Origin: Candidatus Eremiobacteria bacterium | GTDB taxonomy: Bacteria > Vulcanimicrobiota > Vulcanimicrobiia > Vulcanimicrobiales > Vulcanimicrobiaceae | Assembly (NCBI GenBank): GCA_963737065.1 | Contig: CAVTRC010000001.1 | Span: forward strand, 2,400,001 to 2,464,000 | Direction: 5' to 3' | DNA length: 64,000 nt | Shown here: piece by piece, positions 42,560 through 53,167 of the stretch | Numbering within the stretch: the stretch's first letter is position 1 | Layout of the letters: each line of letters starts with the position of its first letter | Program-made: the position numbers and the translations under genes | Notes under the pieces: model-generated | The model's database searches: none | The model's input: only the letters and a program-made list of their open reading frames with translations | What the model was told of the DNA's origin: nothing

Positions 42560-42938
42560 TGTGATCGAGGTATCGGGAATTTCCAACGTATTGCGGGACG
42601 CGAAGGTACCGATTTCCGCTGCAATCCGGGCCAACGGCTTCGTCTTCGTTTCCGGCACGCCGCCGATCGACGTCGAACGCGGCGGGTTCGTCAAGGGTGA
42701 CATCACCGTACAAGTCACGCAGTGCTTGCTCAACGTGCGCTACGTCCTCGAAGAAGCGGGCACGTCGCTCGAAAAGATCTGCATGGTTCGCGTGTACGCG
42801 AAGTCGGAGCACTACAAGGCGATCAATGAGGTCTATGCAACGTTCTTCCCGTCGGAGCCGCCGGCGCGTACGTTCGTTCCCGTGGGCGATTGGCCGTTCG
42901 ATTTCGACGTGGAAATCGATTGTGTCGCGCTCGCGTAG
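42549..42938 (+). CDS. RidA/YjgF family enamine deaminase
   Basis: FVFVSG, NEVYA.FF...PPART, VEIDCVA. Confidence 0.9.
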   Translation: MRPDVIEVSGISNVLRDAKVPISAAIRANGFVFVSGTPPIDVERGGFVKGDITVQVTQCLLNVRYVLEEAGTSLEKICMVRVYAKSEHYKAINEVYATFFPSEPPARTFVPVGDWPFDFDVEIDCVALA

Positions 42939-42959
42939 ACATACGGGATACCCCTCGCC

Positions 42960-44816
42960 TTAGCAGCGACCGCCGCTATCTTGCGTAACCGTCCCGGCCC
43001 TCGCGCTAACCGTCTTGTTCCAACAGTAGCCCGTGCTGCTGTGCACGGTGTACCGCTGTGTCGTTGCGCCATTCGATGGCGCGTACGTGCCGTTCGCGAA
43101 GAAGTTCAACGTATCCGTCGCGTTCACGACGTTCGACGATTCGAGAAAGAATGGTGCACCAAATCCGGCATTGTGACGAGCGACAACCTTCGTTTTCCCT
43201 TGTGTGACCTTCGTCGTTTGCGTCGCGCTGCCGTCCGGGTTGGCGACGTAGTCGTAGACCACGGTGAGCGGCCAGTCTCGCAGCTGCGTTTCCGTCGATA
43301 GGCCGTTGTGTCCGAAGCCGTTCGCGCTTTCACCAGACCGTGGTTGATGTGTCGTCGTTTCCGAGAAGATCTTCGTATCTTGTGCAATGTTCTGATCAAA
43401 AAGCGTCCCGGCCGTATTCACATCGATGTTCTGCTTGTTGTCGAAGCTGATTGTTTGATGGACGTCGGTTTCGATGCGCCCGGTCGATGTATTGACGTAG
43501 CCGTCGATATCGACGATATGCGTCGAACGCACGTCGATTGTTCCGGTCGCAACGCCTTGCGCGCTTGTTTTCACGTTTTCGATCACGGCCGGTACGGGCT
43601 GAAGCGCCGTTCCGTTTCTGATGATGCCTCCGGTCACTTGCTTCGAGCCGTGATCGAGATAGACGAGCAACGCACCGTTCGTGGCAAAGTAATTTCCGTT
43701 GTTGAACACCGTCACGTCGATCGTATGCGGCTGGCCGTTGCTCAAGATGCCGGCGAACGGTGTGAGGTTCACGCGATACGGATGGAAGTTAAGCGTCTCG
43801 ACTCCCGGGATTGGGCGCCACAGATACGGATCGATCCCGCCCGTATAAATCCACGGATACACGGGCACAACGCCGGCCGCCTGTCCGTCGATCGCGACGT
43901 CGCCTTCCCGGAATGCCGTGTTGCCGCAGTTGAACAATGCAGCTGCGAGATCGTTCGGAAAACACGTGTACCAGAATTCGTCACCGCCTTGCGACTGAAG
44001 ATATACGTCGAGATATGCTGCCCGCACGTTAGGTTGTAGCGTGTACGTTGCCGTCAGCGGCTGCGATGGCGTCGAAAGGTATTGATTATCGCCAAGCGGA
44101 CCGCCCGAAAGCGGATACACCGCGTCCGGAACGTCGGGCACCGGATAGTGTCGCGATGCGGGGTAGAATTCGAGCTTTGCACTCGCAGAGACAATGCCGG
44201 TATACGTGCTGTTGACGGTATTACCGAGAACCGTTTCGCCCTGAGACGCAGTTTCGAAGATCGGAGTCAGATCGGTGACGTCTTTCTCGACGTGCCAGGA
44301 CGGTCCAAGAGTGCTCGACGGTTCGGCGGTCGTGCCAAAATACACGTTGGTTCCCGCGATCCAGATTGAACCCGTGCGATCGTACTGGCGTCCCGCCGTA
44401 ACGGCAAAGTCGGCGTCCAGCACGATCTTCGCCCACGGCCCGCGGCACGACGGTGAGTAGTTGAACGTCTTAGGCGTGTAATCGCTGAATTGAACGTCTG
44501 AAAACAACGGCACGATGCACGGCGTTTCGTCAGGCCGTCTGACCGGCGGATTGGCGGTCGTTACATTCGACGGATGCGAATAATCTTGTGCGCGAACGCG
44601 TGCCGACGTATCCGTCGTTTCACCCGCGGCTAGCCGCCGCGCGGTGCTGCGTATCGACGCTTTGTCATGAAACGATGGAGCCGTCGCGCCGTTGGCGCGC
44701 GATGATGATTGCGGAGACATACCGGCGCCGGCGCAACCGGCAAGCGACGTAACGAGAAGCATCGAGACGGCGAATCGCTCGCGTCTATGGCTTAGTTGAT
44801 CCACTGCACCCTCCAC
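42960..44816 (-). CDS. Peptide-N4-(N-acetyl-beta-glucosaminyl)asparagine amidase A (PNGase A-like), probably exported
   Basis: GRQYDR, TTAEP, W.VEKDVTD, DEFWY.C, FRE...IDG..AG...YPWIYTGG..P.LWRPI; LAGC lipobox-like N-terminus. Confidence 0.85.
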   Translation of the reverse strand: MEGAVDQLSHRRERFAVSMLLVTSLAGCAGAGMSPQSSSRANGATAPSFHDKASIRSTARRLAAGETTDTSARVRAQDYSHPSNVTTANPPVRRPDETPCIVPLFSDVQFSDYTPKTFNYSPSCRGPWAKIVLDADFAVTAGRQYDRTGSIWIAGTNVYFGTTAEPSSTLGPSWHVEKDVTDLTPIFETASQGETVLGNTVNSTYTGIVSASAKLEFYPASRHYPVPDVPDAVYPLSGGPLGDNQYLSTPSQPLTATYTLQPNVRAAYLDVYLQSQGGDEFWYTCFPNDLAAALFNCGNTAFREGDVAIDGQAAGVVPVYPWIYTGGIDPYLWRPIPGVETLNFHPYRVNLTPFAGILSNGQPHTIDVTVFNNGNYFATNGALLVYLDHGSKQVTGGIIRNGTALQPVPAVIENVKTSAQGVATGTIDVRSTHIVDIDGYVNTSTGRIETDVHQTISFDNKQNIDVNTAGTLFDQNIAQDTKIFSETTTHQPRSGESANGFGHNGLSTETQLRDWPLTVVYDYVANPDGSATQTTKVTQGKTKVVARHNAGFGAPFFLESSNVVNATDTLNFFANGTYAPSNGATTQRYTVHSSTGYCWNKTVSARAGTVTQDSGGRC

Positions 44817-44860
44817 GGTAGATAACAGGCTGCAGCGCTTCTAGGCGATTGCGCGCTTCA

Positions 44861-46057
44861 CTAGGCAGCAGCCCGCTTGCAAAGTGATCCCAGCAGCCTA
44901 TACGCGACCGACACACGATCTGCGATCGGATAGTTTTCGTTCGCGAGCAGCGCGATGCCGCAACGCCGTTCCGGAATGAACGCGACATATGCGCCGAAGC
45001 CGTTCGTCGAGCCCGTTTTGTTGATCCACATGTCCGCGCGCGGCTTTTCCGGCGGCGTTAACGCGGTCACGCGGTTCGGATTGAACATCATCGTCGCAGA
45101 ATTGCCGTTCAAAAGCGTCTTCAGGGTCACCGGCAGCGTGTATTGCTCCCAGATCAGATCTTGCGTAAACGGACCTGCTGCAAAGTAGGCAGTGTGCGTG
45201 TTGGAAATTGCTCTCTGGAGCTTGCGGTCAATGCTGACAAGGTTCATATTTGCTTCGATGAAGCGCGTCATATCCGAAGCAGTCGTTCTGATTCCGTATG
45301 CTTGCTCCCATAACACGCCCGGCGTCATGCGGATCGGCGAGCCGCGCCGGTAGCCTTCGGCGTAGTTCCCGCTCTCGGAACGCGGCACGTTGATATACGT
45401 ATGATGCATCCGGAGCGCGGAAAACAACCGCTGTTGCATCACGCCGTCGAAGCTCGCACCTAGACTCTTTGCAGCGATCAGTCCCAACACCCCGATGCTA
45501 ATGTTCGAGTACGTCCGATAGGTCCGCGGCGCATACAAGGGACGCCATTGCTTCAGATACGTCATCAACCCGTCGACGCTGTGCACGTCGTCCGGAACCT
45601 GAAGCGGTAATCCTCCGGACGTGTGCGTCGCGAGGTTCAGTAGCGTGACGTTGCCGAACGGGCGGCCTGTCAGCGACGGCAAATATTTGCTCGTGCCATC
45701 CGCCAATGCCATCCGTCCGTCGCTCTGCGCGAGCGAGGCGAGTGTGGCGGTGAACGTCTTGCTGATCGATCCAAGTTCGAACAGCGTATCGTTCGTGACG
45801 GGCGCGTTCGTCTCAATGGAAGCCACGCCGTAGTTTAAAACGTACGGCTTGCCATCGATGACTAGCCCGACGCTCATCCCCGGAATTGCGTCCTTCGACA
45901 TAACGGGCCCGACGGCGGCATCAACGACAGCCTTCACTCGCTGGAAGTCCGAGTCGTCGCCTCTCACGGTTCCCGTCGCGCTCAACACGCCGGCGCAAAC
46001 AACCGCGGTGGCAAAAACGCGCTCGCCAATGTAACGGTTCACACGCGCCTCTTCCAA
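44861..46057 (-). CDS. ampC: Class C beta-lactamase (AmpC family)
   Basis: FELGSISKTFT (SxxK), LATHTSGGLPLQ.PD, YSN, AYGI, NKTGST.GFG.YVAF; signal peptide. Confidence 0.88.
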   Translation of the reverse strand: MEEARVNRYIGERVFATAVVCAGVLSATGTVRGDDSDFQRVKAVVDAAVGPVMSKDAIPGMSVGLVIDGKPYVLNYGVASIETNAPVTNDTLFELGSISKTFTATLASLAQSDGRMALADGTSKYLPSLTGRPFGNVTLLNLATHTSGGLPLQVPDDVHSVDGLMTYLKQWRPLYAPRTYRTYSNISIGVLGLIAAKSLGASFDGVMQQRLFSALRMHHTYINVPRSESGNYAEGYRRGSPIRMTPGVLWEQAYGIRTTASDMTRFIEANMNLVSIDRKLQRAISNTHTAYFAAGPFTQDLIWEQYTLPVTLKTLLNGNSATMMFNPNRVTALTPPEKPRADMWINKTGSTNGFGAYVAFIPERRCGIALLANENYPIADRVSVAYRLLGSLCKRAAA

Positions 46058-46350
46058 CGGGGCTGTTGGAAGTCTTCTTACCGCGCGACAGTTTTCGATT
46101 TGTGAACTGAACCGATCCGGTTACCGGCGCAAATCCACGTTTGAGCTAAAGTGTGTTGCCATTCCGTCGGGTCGAACCGAATCAAGAGCGGTGCACTTAA
46201 TAGCGATATGGCGAGTTCGAAACACAAGACCGACGCACCTTCACCGACCGCTGCGAATGAAAGCGTACGCTATCCGCGCGCGGTAAGCGACCCGAGAGTT
46301 TTCAGACATCGATTTTTCAATTGTCTGTTGTCGGCTGCAAGCGAAAAGAA

Positions 46351-46382
46351 ACAGGTCCGGAATTTTTGATTTCCGGACCTGT
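46351..46382 (-). terminator. Terminator downstream of tRNA
   Basis: ACAGGTCCGGAA/TTCCGGACCTGT perfect inverted repeat followed by a T-rich run on the minus strand. Confidence 0.75.
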
Positions 46383-46386
46383 ACAC

Positions 46387-46461
<75 letters not shown>

Positions 46462-46518
46462 GTGCGACTGACCGAGTTACGGCGGGTTCCACCGCATTCC
46501 CTCCGAACGTCGGCGGAT

Positions 46519-47556
46519 ATGCACGACGTCGATACGGCAATCGAAAGTCTACCAAAGATCCATCTGCATTGCCACCTCGAAGGGACGCTGCGCGCAGAGA
46601 CGTTTGTCGAGCTTACTCGCAGATACGGGATGTCGACGCGGTACCGGCCCGGCAGCGACATGCCGGGCCCGAGCGACCCAAGCGAGGTATATCGCTTCAA
46701 GAGTTTCCAAGAGTTTCTCTTGACGTTCGCTGCCGTCAGCCGAGCGCTTGCGACGCCGGATGATTACGCGCGGCTCGCCCGTGAATTCGTTCGCGATGCG
46801 GTCTTGCAGAACGTCGTCTACGGAGAACTGTTCATCTCGCCATCGGTGTGGTCGTATTTCAACCCGGCGCTCGACGTACCGGCGACGATTCGCTCCATCG
46901 TTGCAGAGCTCAACGCGCTGCAGGCTGCATCGTTTTCGCTCATCGTTGATGTGACGCGCAACTTTGGTGCGGAGTCCGCGATGCGCACGGCGCGCATTGC
47001 CGCCGGTCTTGCGGGTGAAGGCGTCATCGGCATCGGGCTGGGCGGCGACGAAGCGCGTTATCCGGCGCCGCTTTTCAAGGACGTCTTCGCGTTCGCGCGC
47101 GCACACGGCTTGAACGTTGTGGCGCACGCGGGTGAAGCGGCGGGGGCACAAAGCGTGCGCGATGCGGTTGAAGTCCTCGGCGCACAACGCATCGGGCACG
47201 GTATCCGCGCGCTCGAAGATGCGCGCGTAATCGACCTGCTGCGTGAGCGCGAGATTCCACTTGAAATTTGTCCGACATCGAATTTTCTCACCGGCGTTGC
47301 GTCGCGCGAACGCCGGCATCCGGTAGCGGAACTCGACGCGGCCGGGATTATCGTCACAATCGACGCCGACGATCCGACGCTTTTCGGAACGTCGATCACG
47401 CACGAGTATGCGTTCGTCGCGCAAGAGGTTGGAATCGATGCGCTGCGGCGGTTCGTCCATCAGGCCGTCGACGCGTCGTTCTTGGACGGTATCGCGAAGC
47501 AAGCGCTGCACGGGCGAATCGGCCCGGAAACCGTGCCGCCGCTCGCGAAGTCTTAG
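46519..47556 (+). CDS. add: Adenosine/adenine deaminase
   Basis: LPK.HLHCHLEG, AHAGE, RIGHG, EICPTSN, DDP..F. Confidence 0.92.
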   Translation: MHDVDTAIESLPKIHLHCHLEGTLRAETFVELTRRYGMSTRYRPGSDMPGPSDPSEVYRFKSFQEFLLTFAAVSRALATPDDYARLAREFVRDAVLQNVVYGELFISPSVWSYFNPALDVPATIRSIVAELNALQAASFSLIVDVTRNFGAESAMRTARIAAGLAGEGVIGIGLGGDEARYPAPLFKDVFAFARAHGLNVVAHAGEAAGAQSVRDAVEVLGAQRIGHGIRALEDARVIDLLREREIPLEICPTSNFLTGVASRERRHPVAELDAAGIIVTIDADDPTLFGTSITHEYAFVAQEVGIDALRRFVHQAVDASFLDGIAKQALHGRIGPETVPPLAKS

Positions 47557-47562
47557 AGACAC

Positions 47563-48231
47563 ATGTCGGGACACAGCCATTTCGCCGAATCCATCGAGGA
47601 ATATCTCGAGGCCGTCTACCGATTGGAACGCGAAGGGCCCGGCGTTACAACCTCTGGTCTTGCTTCGTCGCTCGGCGTTGCACCGGCGTCGGTTTCCGGG
47701 ATGCTCAAGAAGCTCGCGAAGGACGGATACGTGCAGCAAGTCGGGCGCGGCGAAGTGAAGCTGACGCGAAAAGGGCTTGAAGTCGGAGTCCGCGTGCTGC
47801 GGCGTCACCGGCTCGCGGAGCGGTTACTGACCGATGTGCTCGGCATGCCGTGGGACGAGGTGCACACTGAAGCTTGTATGCTCGAGCATGCCATCTCCGA
47901 TCGTGTTGAAGCGCAACTGATGAAATTGCTCGAGGATCCGAATAGGTGTCCGCATGGGCAACCGATTCCACCTCGCGACTTGAGCGATCCGCCCGCGTTC
48001 GGTGAACCGCTCGCGCAACTGCCTGAAGGCACTCATGCGCGCATCGAAAGCGTTACCGAAGAGCTCCCCGAGATTTTGCGTTATCTCGCGGACATTGGCA
48101 TACGGCCGGGCGTCGAAGTCGCCGTCGAACACAAAGCTCCGCTTAGTGGTCCGGTCACGATCCGCGTCAACGGCTCCGCGCACGCGATTTCGCTCGAACT
48201 TGCGCGAATGGTCACGGTTCGAATCGCGTGA
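47563..48231 (+). CDS. DtxR/MntR-family metal-dependent regulator with FeoA domain
   Basis: EEYLEA.Y, RRHRLAERLL, EAC.LEH, CPHG.PIP. Confidence 0.93.
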   Translation: MSGHSHFAESIEEYLEAVYRLEREGPGVTTSGLASSLGVAPASVSGMLKKLAKDGYVQQVGRGEVKLTRKGLEVGVRVLRRHRLAERLLTDVLGMPWDEVHTEACMLEHAISDRVEAQLMKLLEDPNRCPHGQPIPPRDLSDPPAFGEPLAQLPEGTHARIESVTEELPEILRYLADIGIRPGVEVAVEHKAPLSGPVTIRVNGSAHAISLELARMVTVRIA

Positions 48232-48890
48232 TCACACGATTTCTCATCTTCGTCAACGTCGTCGCCTTCTTGTGGGAAGCTTCGATCGCCGGTCCAGGTG
48301 CGTTCGCAATGCTCGGGAGCGAGTCGATGCTGCCGGTTCTCGATCGTGCGGCGCTGCGGCCGAATGACGTACTGATTCATCACGAATGGTGGAGAATCGT
48401 CACGTCGGCGTTTTTGCACGGCGGATTGGTCCACATCTTCGTCAATATGATTTCGCTATGGTCGCTCGGGCGCTTCATTGAATACATTGCGGGCGGCACG
48501 CGCATGGTGGCAATCTACGCGGTGTCGCTCGTGGCTTCCGGGCTCGGCGTAGTGTTCTTGACGTCTCCGGCGTTCCGAGACGTTCCGACGCTCGGTGCAA
48601 GCGGAGCGATCTTCGGGCTCTTCGGCGCACTCTTCGCGATCGGTCTAAAACTCGGACGTCCGGGTATGCAACTCGTGCGCGACAACATCGGCATCCTGAT
48701 TCTCAATTTAATTATCACGTTCACGGTGCCCGCGATCTCGTGGCAGGCGCACGTGAGCGGACTGCTCACGGGATTCATCGTAACGCTGCTGATTTATTAT
48801 CCGCCGCGCCGCGTTGCGCCGGCCGTCGTCGATGCCAAAACCGGCGACGCGTACGAAACCGAATATCAGGCACCGCAGCAGCACCAATGA
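48228..48890 (+). CDS. Rhomboid intramembrane serine protease
   Basis: WWR..TS.FLH, H..VNM, GASG, AHVSG. Confidence 0.93.
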   Translation: MITRFLIFVNVVAFLWEASIAGPGAFAMLGSESMLPVLDRAALRPNDVLIHHEWWRIVTSAFLHGGLVHIFVNMISLWSLGRFIEYIAGGTRMVAIYAVSLVASGLGVVFLTSPAFRDVPTLGASGAIFGLFGALFAIGLKLGRPGMQLVRDNIGILILNLIITFTVPAISWQAHVSGLLTGFIVTLLIYYPPRRVAPAVVDAKTGDAYETEYQAPQQHQ

Positions 48891-50788
48891 CGTCGACGAC
48901 GATCGAGCACGTCTTCTCCGCGGACGGTCCGCTCGCGCGTGCGTTGCCCGGCTTTGAAGCGCGGCTGGGTCAAGTGCAGATGGCGCAGCTCGTCGAGCGT
49001 GGGATTCTCGAAGGAATGCACACGATCGTCGAAGCGGGAACCGGGGTCGGCAAATCGCTTGCGTACCTGGTTCCCGCCGTGCGAAGCGGCAAGAAGGTCG
49101 TGCTCTCGACGGGGACGATCGCACTCCAAGAGCAACTCGTGCGCAAAGATTTGCCGCTCGTCGAACGCGCGCTCGGCGTGCCGATGCGCGTTACGCTGCT
49201 CAAAGGGCGCAATCACTACCTCTGCAAGCTGAAATACGAACGGATGCGCGCCGATCGTTTGGTGCCGCCGTCGCGCGGCATGCAAGAGATGTGGGCATGG
49301 GCATCGCGTACGGTTACCGGCGATCGCGCCGAGCTGAGTTTCGTGCCGACCGGCGATGAATGGGAACAGCTCGACGCGGACGCCGACGATTGCACCGGTG
49401 AGTTCTGCGAGCACTTTCGCGACTGCTTTTTCTTCAAGAAGCGCGATGAAGCGAAATACGCCGATATCGTGGTCGTCAACCACGCGCTGTTCTTTTTGGA
49501 TCTTGCGGTCGGCGGAGGATTGATTCCGCCATACGACGTTGCGATTCTCGACGAGGCGCACCAATGCGAACGATGGGCGACCGGTGCGCTGACCGCCACG
49601 CTTTCACGCGCGACCATCGGACGCATGCTGCGCAAACTCCACCGCGCGTACACCGTTCCCGGCCATTTCGACGGCGAGTTTGATGAAGGGATTCGCGGGC
49701 TCGAGTCGGCGCTTGCGACCGTTCCGGGCGAACGGTATCCGCTCTCGGCGAATGATTCTGCGTGGCCGGCACTCGAAGACGTTCGTACGACGCTCTACAA
49801 GCTCGAGAACTGGCTTTACGCCAACTGGCATTCCGCGCTAAAGAAGAAGCCGGAGAACGATGCGGAAGCCGAGCGCCGGCGCGATCTCGCAATGCGATCG
49901 ATTCTCGCGCACCAAGCGGCGATCGATCGAGCCCAGATGCCGAGCGATGAAGCGATTGCGTGGGTGGAGCGTTCCGATGCGGACGGACGGTTCGAAGTCA
50001 ATAGCGCGCCGTTCGACGTTGCGGAATTTCTGCGCGCGACGCTCTTTACGCGCACGCAAAGCGTGGTGCTTACGAGCGCGACGATCTCCGTGAATCAATC
50101 GTCGTTCGAGTTTCTCAAACGCTCGCTCGGCATCGAGGATGCGCAAGAACTGGTCGCGCCGTCGCCGTTCGACTATGCGAAGCAGGCGCGGCTTTTCATC
50201 GCGCCGCCGCAACTCAATCCCAAGGCGATCGACTTCTCTCGCCGTGCGGCGCCGATCGTCGAGGAGTGCTTGGACCGCACGCGCGGCCGCGCATTTGTCC
50301 TCTTCACCTCTTACGCGCGTCTTCGCGAAGTCTATGCGCTCGTGCGGGAACGCGTGCCGTTTCCGATCAGACTGCAAGGTGAACTCCCGCGCGCGCAATT
50401 GCTGCACTGGTTCCGCACGACGCCGAATGCCGTGCTTTTCGCGACGGGAACGTTTTGGGAAGGTATCGATGTCGCCGGCGAGGCGCTCTCGTGCGTCGTG
50501 ATCGACCGTTTGCCCTTTCCATCGCCGGCCGATCCGCTTGTCGCGGCGCGCGTGCGCGCATTGGAAGCGCGTGGACGAGACGGATTCGAACATTACATGA
50601 TTCCAGCGGCAATCGTACGTTTGAAGCAGGGCTTCGGGCGGCTCATCCGGAGCATGAGCGACAAAGGTGTCGTCGCATTGCTCGACGGCCGCGCCGCGTC
50701 GACGCGCTATGGAGCCACGATCCTTTCGTCGCTGCCACCCGCGACGCGAATAACGCACCTCGACGAGCTAACGGAATTTTTCGCTTGA
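48887..50788 (+). CDS. DinG/YoaA-family ATP-dependent helicase (Fe-S)
   Basis: EAGTGVGKS, KGRNHYLC, DEAH, LFTSY, FWEGID, QGFGRLIR. Confidence 0.93.
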   Translation: MTSTTIEHVFSADGPLARALPGFEARLGQVQMAQLVERGILEGMHTIVEAGTGVGKSLAYLVPAVRSGKKVVLSTGTIALQEQLVRKDLPLVERALGVPMRVTLLKGRNHYLCKLKYERMRADRLVPPSRGMQEMWAWASRTVTGDRAELSFVPTGDEWEQLDADADDCTGEFCEHFRDCFFFKKRDEAKYADIVVVNHALFFLDLAVGGGLIPPYDVAILDEAHQCERWATGALTATLSRATIGRMLRKLHRAYTVPGHFDGEFDEGIRGLESALATVPGERYPLSANDSAWPALEDVRTTLYKLENWLYANWHSALKKKPENDAEAERRRDLAMRSILAHQAAIDRAQMPSDEAIAWVERSDADGRFEVNSAPFDVAEFLRATLFTRTQSVVLTSATISVNQSSFEFLKRSLGIEDAQELVAPSPFDYAKQARLFIAPPQLNPKAIDFSRRAAPIVEECLDRTRGRAFVLFTSYARLREVYALVRERVPFPIRLQGELPRAQLLHWFRTTPNAVLFATGTFWEGIDVAGEALSCVVIDRLPFPSPADPLVAARVRALEARGRDGFEHYMIPAAIVRLKQGFGRLIRSMSDKGVVALLDGRAASTRYGATILSSLPPATRITHLDELTEFFA

Positions 50789-51804
50789 TCAGGCGCTCAC
50801 TATCGGCTTTCGTTCTCGCCGCGTGGATGCCCGCACAGGCGTTGGCATGGGGATTTACGGGACATACGTACATCAACCGCGTTGCCGCGGAGCACTTTCC
50901 GGCCGAGTTGCCGGCGTTCGTACGTACAAAGCCGGCGGTCGATGAAATCACGATGCTCGGACCGGAAGAGGATCGCCTCAAAGGCGCCGGTGGATCGTGG
51001 GACGACGACAGCGACCCGGGACACTTTGTCGACATCGACGATTCCCTTACGATCTTCGGCATCGTAAGGCTCGACGCGCTTCCGAACGACATGAACGCAT
51101 ACGCGCACGCGCTCGCGAAGGCGCACACCGATCCCTATACCGCCGGGTACCTGCCGTACACGATCATCGATGGCTGGGAACAAATGCGCAAGGATTTTGC
51201 GATTTGGCGTGTCGACGACTACATGGCCCTGCATGCAACGACCGCGGACGCGCGTGCGCGCTTCTCGGCAGACCGTTCGCTGCGCGAGACGCTCACGTTG
51301 CGTGACATCGGCGTTTGGGGGCACTTCATCGGCGACGGCGCGCAGCCGCTTCACGTAACCGTCCATTTCAACGGCTGGGGCAATCATCCGAATCCGAAAG
51401 GCTACCCGACCTCGCCTCAGACGCACGCGATGTTCGAGAGCGATTTTGTGGACGCGCACGTTACGATCGACGACGTGCGCACGTATGTCGGCGGCTATAC
51501 GCCGGTCGATCCGCACGCGTTTGTGTCCCAACCGGCAATCGCATCCGTCGTCGGTCATTATTTAATCGCGAGCGCGCAGGCTGTCCCCACCCTTTACGAG
51601 ATCGACAAAGCAGGCGGCTTTGCGCACGCGACGCCCCGAGCGATCGGCTTCACGGCGGCGCAACTCGGGCGCGGCGCGTCGATGATGCGTGACCTCGTCG
51701 CGCTCGCCTGGGAGGATAGCTTGAATGCAAGTGTCGGATATCCTGAACTTCCCGTTCGCGACATTCTCTCCGGAAAGGTGGTACCGTCGAATGCGCACCC
51801 TTAA
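50785..51804 (+). CDS. S1/P1 nuclease family, secreted
   Basis: Signal peptide then WG..GH, H.VD, HF.GD..QPLH, H..FE. Confidence 0.85.
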   Translation: MIRRSLSAFVLAAWMPAQALAWGFTGHTYINRVAAEHFPAELPAFVRTKPAVDEITMLGPEEDRLKGAGGSWDDDSDPGHFVDIDDSLTIFGIVRLDALPNDMNAYAHALAKAHTDPYTAGYLPYTIIDGWEQMRKDFAIWRVDDYMALHATTADARARFSADRSLRETLTLRDIGVWGHFIGDGAQPLHVTVHFNGWGNHPNPKGYPTSPQTHAMFESDFVDAHVTIDDVRTYVGGYTPVDPHAFVSQPAIASVVGHYLIASAQAVPTLYEIDKAGGFAHATPRAIGFTAAQLGRGASMMRDLVALAWEDSLNASVGYPELPVRDILSGKVVPSNAHP

Positions 51805-52021
51805 GACCCTCGCCCTCGCGTTGTTACTCGGAACGACGTTTAGCGCGGCCGTCGACGCGAAGTCCTCGATGCCGGCGTGCAAAGGCGCAACCGTCTACGC
51901 GGTTCCCGCGCAGAAGATCTACTACGAAAAGGGCGAGACCAAGTATGGTCACGTCAAAGGCGGCACGTACATGTGTCAGGCCGCCGCTAACGGCAAAGGC
52001 TACAAGCACGCCACACCGTAG
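51791..52021 (+). CDS. Small secreted protein
   Basis: Signal peptide, two Cys, YG....G.YMC...A...GY pattern. Confidence 0.7.
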   Translation: MRTLKTLALALLLGTTFSAAVDAKSSMPACKGATVYAVPAQKIYYEKGETKYGHVKGGTYMCQAAANGKGYKHATP

Positions 52022-52159
52022 CCGCATCATCGAAGTTGCGGGTTATCACTTCGGGTCGGTGCATGCGTAAAGCTCGCTGCGCCGGCCCGTTTTTTCGCGG
52101 TGTTGCGAACAAACGCCGTCGCAAGGATGCCGGGGCTCACAAGCGCAACGAGAGCGGCC

Positions 52160-53167
52160 GTGGAACTCGGCCGCAGCTTCGAGCGCGAAATTCGCGAACA
52201 ACCCGATGTTTGGGAACGCGTCGCGTGCACCGATGCGCCCGCTCGGCTCGCAGAGGCGATCGATGACGACGTCATCTTCGTCGGAAGCGGCAGTTCGCTC
52301 TTCGCAGGCCAACTCGGCGCGATCGCCTTGCGGCGACGCGGAATCACCGCGCAGGCCTTAGCGGCTAGCGAAGCGCGCGGCGACAACCGCGCGTACCACG
52401 AGCGCATCGTCGTCGCCGTTTCGCAAAGCGGCCGCTCGACCGACGTGCTCAATGCGCTCGACGCATTGCAGCCGAGCCGTATCATCGCGCTCACGAACAC
52501 CGTCGATTCGCCGCTCGGTGCGCGCGCGGACGTGATCGTCGACGTCGGTGCCGGGAGAGAAGTAGCCATCCCCGCGACGAAAAGCGTCTCGGCCACGATC
52601 GCGATCCTTCTTTCGGCAGCGACGCTGCTTGGCGGCGAACCTTCACGCGACGCTCAAACGCTCGTTGATACCGCGCACACGATCCGCGCCTGGCTGGATG
52701 ATCCCGCGGCGACGAAAACGGTGAAGCTCGCCGCGGAAGTCATTGCCAGGCAGCGTGACGTCATGGTTCTCGGCACGGATTACGGCGCGCCGATAGCGCG
52801 TGAAGCGGCCTTAAAGTTCAAAGAAGCAACGTATCTGCACGCGGAAGGATTCGAGGCGGGCGAGTTCCGACACGGGAGCGCCGCAATGGTAGACGCAACG
52901 AGCGTTATCATCGGCCTCATCGACGATGATGCGCTGCGCGTGATCGCGCCTCCGCTTCGCGAAATTGCATCGGCCGGCGCAGTGCGCTTTGCAATCGGTA
53001 CGACGACCATCGACGGCATCGATCGTCTCGGTCCGCTCGTGAGTGATCCGTTCAATACGCTCGCGTGGCTGGTCACGGTCCAACTTCTCGCGCTCTATAC
53101 CGCGCGGGCGCGCGGGATCGACAGCGATGCACCGCGCCGATTGACGAAGGCGGTGATCACCGAATGA
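52160..53167 (+). CDS. Double-SIS domain protein (GlmS isomerase-like; no glutaminase domain)
   Basis: EIREQP, GSGSS, SQSGRS.D, PATKS, EAALKFKE, EFRHG, PR.LTKAV. Confidence 0.85.
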   Translation: MELGRSFEREIREQPDVWERVACTDAPARLAEAIDDDVIFVGSGSSLFAGQLGAIALRRRGITAQALAASEARGDNRAYHERIVVAVSQSGRSTDVLNALDALQPSRIIALTNTVDSPLGARADVIVDVGAGREVAIPATKSVSATIAILLSAATLLGGEPSRDAQTLVDTAHTIRAWLDDPAATKTVKLAAEVIARQRDVMVLGTDYGAPIAREAALKFKEATYLHAEGFEAGEFRHGSAAMVDATSVIIGLIDDDALRVIAPPLREIASAGAVRFAIGTTTIDGIDRLGPLVSDPFNTLAWLVTVQLLALYTARARGIDSDAPRRLTKAVITE

